DNA of 61,074 nucleotides from an uncultured Eubacteriales bacterium. GTDB lineage: Bacteria > Bacillota > Clostridia > Christensenellales > UBA1242. The notes below the pieces were generated by a model. It ran no database searches. It was not told the DNA's origin and worked only from the letters and a program-made list of their open reading frames with translations. Location: positions 1 through 61,074 of the forward strand of contig URYH01000003.1 in assembly GCA_900552105.1 (NCBI GenBank). Direction: 5' to 3'. A program made the position numbers and the translations under genes. Below, one piece after another: positions 58,561 through 61,074 of the stretch. Within the stretch, counting starts at the first letter, position 1; each line of letters begins with the position of its first letter.

Positions 58561-59499
58561 GTGAAAAAACAAGAAAAGCTTAAACTAATTGTTGATACAG
58601 ACCCAGGAGTTGATGATGTCGCGGCATTAATGTATGCATTTTTTGAAGATAAATTTGATATAAAACTTCTCACAACAAATTCTGGCAATCGTCCAATCGA
58701 AATAACAACAAGAAACACTCTCCATCTTTTGGAAAAATATGGACTTGATATCCCTGTCGCAAAAGGAGCAGAAAAGCCACTTTGTCGCGAAAGACTTGAT
58801 GCAGCTCACATTCACGGTCTTGAAGGAATGGGCACATATCTGCCACAAGAACCAAAACATCTGAAATGTGTTGAGGGAAGTGCTGAAGACAACATGTTCA
58901 GAGTCATCAAAGAAAATCCAAATGAAATCACATTATGCCTTTTGGGACCCCAAACAAACGCGGCACTACTTTTCAAAAAATATCCGGAAGCTGCCAAACT
59001 TTTGAAACAAATCATTTTTATGGGCGGCTCACCATATGGCTACAAGAAAACAAAACCTCACATTTCTTTCAACATTTCTTCCGACCCCGAAGCAGTCGAC
59101 ATCGTCCTCAAGTCTAAAGTGCCAATTGTGATGGTCCCAAGCGAACTCGGAAGACGCATGACCCATCTAAATTATGAGCAAGTTATGGAACTATCAAAAA
59201 TTAACGACAGCGGAAAGTTTATGCTGGAAATGTATAAGGAATATTGGGAACCGGGCTTTGAGGACCAAAGAGTTGCAACAAATGACACTTGTGCATTCTT
59301 ATACCTTGTTGATCCAAAAATGTTCAAAGCAAAACGCGGGGATATTTCAGTTGACCTAAATGAAATGCCTGGGAAAATCACAATAAACTTTTCCCGACAC
59401 GGAAAGTCACTGGTTCTCATGAATGCAAATGGCAGAAAATCATACAAACTCATCAAAGAAAGCATCAAGCGACTAGATAAATTTAAATTTTATAACTAA
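58561..59499 (+). CDS. Inosine/uridine-preferring nucleoside hydrolase family protein
   Basis: N-terminal DTDPGVDD motif. GTG start. Confidence 0.85.
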   Translation: MKKQEKLKLIVDTDPGVDDVAALMYAFFEDKFDIKLLTTNSGNRPIEITTRNTLHLLEKYGLDIPVAKGAEKPLCRERLDAAHIHGLEGMGTYLPQEPKHLKCVEGSAEDNMFRVIKENPNEITLCLLGPQTNAALLFKKYPEAAKLLKQIIFMGGSPYGYKKTKPHISFNISSDPEAVDIVLKSKVPIVMVPSELGRRMTHLNYEQVMELSKINDSGKFMLEMYKEYWEPGFEDQRVATNDTCAFLYLVDPKMFKAKRGDISVDLNEMPGKITINFSRHGKSLVLMNANGRKSYKLIKESIKRLDKFKFYN

Positions 59500-59504
59500 T
59501 AATC

Positions 59505-59541
59505 AAAAAATCCCTATAGCAACCCTATGGGGATTTTTTTG
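59505..59541 (+). terminator. Intrinsic terminator
   Basis: Long stem atccctatag/ctatggggat followed by a T-run. Confidence 0.7.
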
Positions 59542-59610
59542 TTGCAAAATATATTCGAAATTATGTCCAAATCCATAAAATTGGAGAAAATGAGCCTGCA
59601 GAATTTTTAT

Positions 59611-59640
59611 AAAAAACGAACCCAAAAGGTTCGTTTTTTG
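59611..59640. terminator. Bidirectional intrinsic terminator (serves fic on the minus strand)
   Basis: Stem acgaacc/ggttcgt flanked by an A-run and a T-run. Confidence 0.7.
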
Positions 59641-59654
59641 TTGTTTTTTTGCAA

Positions 59655-60605
59655 TTATTTTGTGTGTTTTTGCAAACTATAAAACTTGTCAATCGCGTCA
59701 ACTTGTTTGTGTTGTGACGCCAAAACTCTTTCCGCAATCATTTTTGCAACATCAGTGACATCGCCTGTCGTAATACCCTTTTCAAGGGCATCAAGATATG
59801 CTTTTTTATTTCGCGCTTTGATAACAATTGTTGGAAGATTGTTTTTTGCGAGCTCATAATTTACAAGCAATCTTGCCGTTCTTCCATTTCCATCAGGGAA
59901 CGGGTGAATTGCAATAAATTCGCAGTGCAAAATTGCCGCTTTGACAATTGGATTAAGTTCAGTCTCTTCATTATACCAGCGAACAAGGGCTTCCATTTTT
60001 GCTGGCACTTTTGCATTTGCAACTGGCGTCCAATTCGCCCCCGTGACATGGCAACCGCCCATCATATATTCATTTCTATAATAAGATGGAGCATCAAATT
60101 CGCCTGGCATAATCATCTCATTTGCAGTTGTAATCACATCGTGAGTTAATGGCTCAAAATTTCCTGTTTCTTTTTTCTTTATATGAGATAGACGAGCTTC
60201 TCTCAAAACATACTTAAATGCAGCCAAATGTTGAGTCGTAAACGCCAAAATTCCAAGTTTTGGATTGGTTGCCATAACAACGCAGCCTTCAACGGATTTT
60301 TTTGCAAGCGTCACCGAATCAAGATTATATGATTCATGCTTCCTTTGATAGTCATGAACAACCTCTGTCCCCTCATCTTCCAAAAAGGCATTGACATCAA
60401 CATCTTCAATATTCTCAATCAAATTGCTTTCTTTGATAAAATCAAGGTCAATCTGCTCGTTGAGTTCACTTATGAACTTTTTACCTCCACCCTTGTTCAT
60501 GACATATTTTTTATTTTTGTTAATTTCGGAAAAATCCAGATCGTCACAATAATATTTTTCTTTCAATTCTTCAAGATATTGTGGAACTCTTTCCTCCAAA
60601 TACAT
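59655..60605 (-). CDS. fic: Fic-family protein with an intramolecular inhibitory-helix motif
   Basis: Active-site loop HPFPDGNGRTARLL. The upstream SNLIEN fits the [S/T]xxxE[G/N] inhibitory motif. Confidence 0.85.
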   Translation of the reverse strand: MYLEERVPQYLEELKEKYYCDDLDFSEINKNKKYVMNKGGGKKFISELNEQIDLDFIKESNLIENIEDVDVNAFLEDEGTEVVHDYQRKHESYNLDSVTLAKKSVEGCVVMATNPKLGILAFTTQHLAAFKYVLREARLSHIKKKETGNFEPLTHDVITTANEMIMPGEFDAPSYYRNEYMMGGCHVTGANWTPVANAKVPAKMEALVRWYNEETELNPIVKAAILHCEFIAIHPFPDGNGRTARLLVNYELAKNNLPTIVIKARNKKAYLDALEKGITTGDVTDVAKMIAERVLASQHKQVDAIDKFYSLQKHTK

Positions 60606-60867
60606 AATCTCACCTCTTTTGTTCTATTATGACAAATAAAAATTGATTTTGCAATACCCAACTCAAACAAAAACAACAATAACTTGAAATTATTAAAAAC
60701 CAAAACACGCCATAAAATTTTTCAAAAAAATGCTTGCCAAACCTCGTTTTGTTTGCTACACTATTTTCGCTAATCAAAAGTGACCTGGCAAAAACTTAAT
60801 ATCAAACCATGCGTCTCGTTTTGGCAAACCGTTGCAACGGTTTTCTGACCGACGCAAAAACAAATGT

Positions 60868-60903
60868 GGAGAATTGGCTGAGTGGTTTAAAGCGGCGGTC
60901 TTG
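60868..60903 (+). pseudogene. Truncated tRNA-Ser-like 5' half (ends inside the anticodon loop, no 3' half follows)
   Basis: ggagaattggctgagtggtttaaagcggcggtcttg has a class II Ser-type acceptor, D arm and anticodon-stem 5' strand. The next 58 nt cannot complete a cloverleaf. Confidence 0.7.
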
Positions 60904-61038
60904 GGGCAAAGTCCCAAATAGATCGAAAAGTCTTCCAACCATGCGGACTCGTTGACCCGACAAAACTTAATATCAAACCATGCGTCTCGTTTTGGCAAAC
61001 CGTTGCAACGGTTTTCTGACCGACGCAAAAACAAATGT

Positions 61039-61074
61039 GGAGAATTGGCTGAGTGGTTTAAAGCGGCGGTCTTG
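61039..61074 (+). tRNA. 5' part of a probable tRNA-Ser(UGA) gene, cut by the window end
   Basis: Same 36 nt as 60868-60903. A canonical continuation (aaaaccgc...) would give anticodon UGA, but it is not visible. Confidence 0.5.

Larger units (their letters stand above)
60791..61074 (+). repeat. Direct repeat of a 113-nt block (60791-60903 and 60962-61074, 171-nt period), each a structured leader plus the first 36 nt of a tRNA-Ser(UGA)-like gene
   Basis: The two blocks are identical by eye. The window ends exactly at the end of copy 2. Confidence 0.9.

Noticed and set aside
60868-60961. Group I intron, split tRNA or circularly permuted tRNA explanations for the truncated tRNA-Ser half.
   Set aside because: The 58-nt follower is far too short for a group I intron. 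No 3' exon (T arm, attctcc acceptor strand) exists downstream or upstream in the unit. The aaaccgt in the leader could mimic the anticodon-stem 3' strand, but no T arm follows it.
60774-61034. 86-aa minus-strand ORF with an internal protein repeat (LFLRRSENRCNGLPKRDAWFDIKF twice).
   Set aside because: The repeat is just the translation of the 113-nt DNA duplication that contains tRNA-like sequence on the other strand. There is no SD and no independent support.

Overview
This is a 61-kb, AT-rich, gene-dense chromosomal segment with about 65 CDS, mostly on the minus strand. It reads like the core genome of a low-GC Gram-positive (Bacillota-type) anaerobe. Several blocks are syntenic with the Bacillus subtilis origin-proximal region: holB-ricT-yabB-rsmI, walJ-htrC..rlmH, and mrnC..rlmB-sigH. 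The window also carries four aminoacyl-tRNA synthetases (asnS, alaS, glyQS, metG), dnaB, typA, greA, rel, a glycerol-utilisation cluster and rubrerythrin. I recognise no integrase, transposase, reverse transcriptase, Cas or classic defence genes, and no CRISPR array. The unexplained material is non-coding. (i) Three tRNA-Ser-associated loci (window start, 35.3-35.9 kb, window end) carry partial tRNA duplications, CCA-ending acceptor-like modules and a shared short motif family, and both window edges fall exactly on repeat boundaries. (ii) A dense DnaA-box cluster with an AT-rich, 20-bp-periodic spacer lies at 44.74-44.87 kb. Protein-level oddities are a GlmU-acetyltransferase::GlmM fusion, a Rel with a degenerate hydrolase domain and no ACT domain, an AlaRS without C-Ala, a YdjG/YdjI-like SPFH module with a triple zinc-ribbon tail, orphan PIN-like and Fic proteins, and a P-type ATPase C-terminal remnant. 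None of these can be confirmed as a new system from sequence alone. The tRNA-Ser repeat family is my best candidate for something undescribed.
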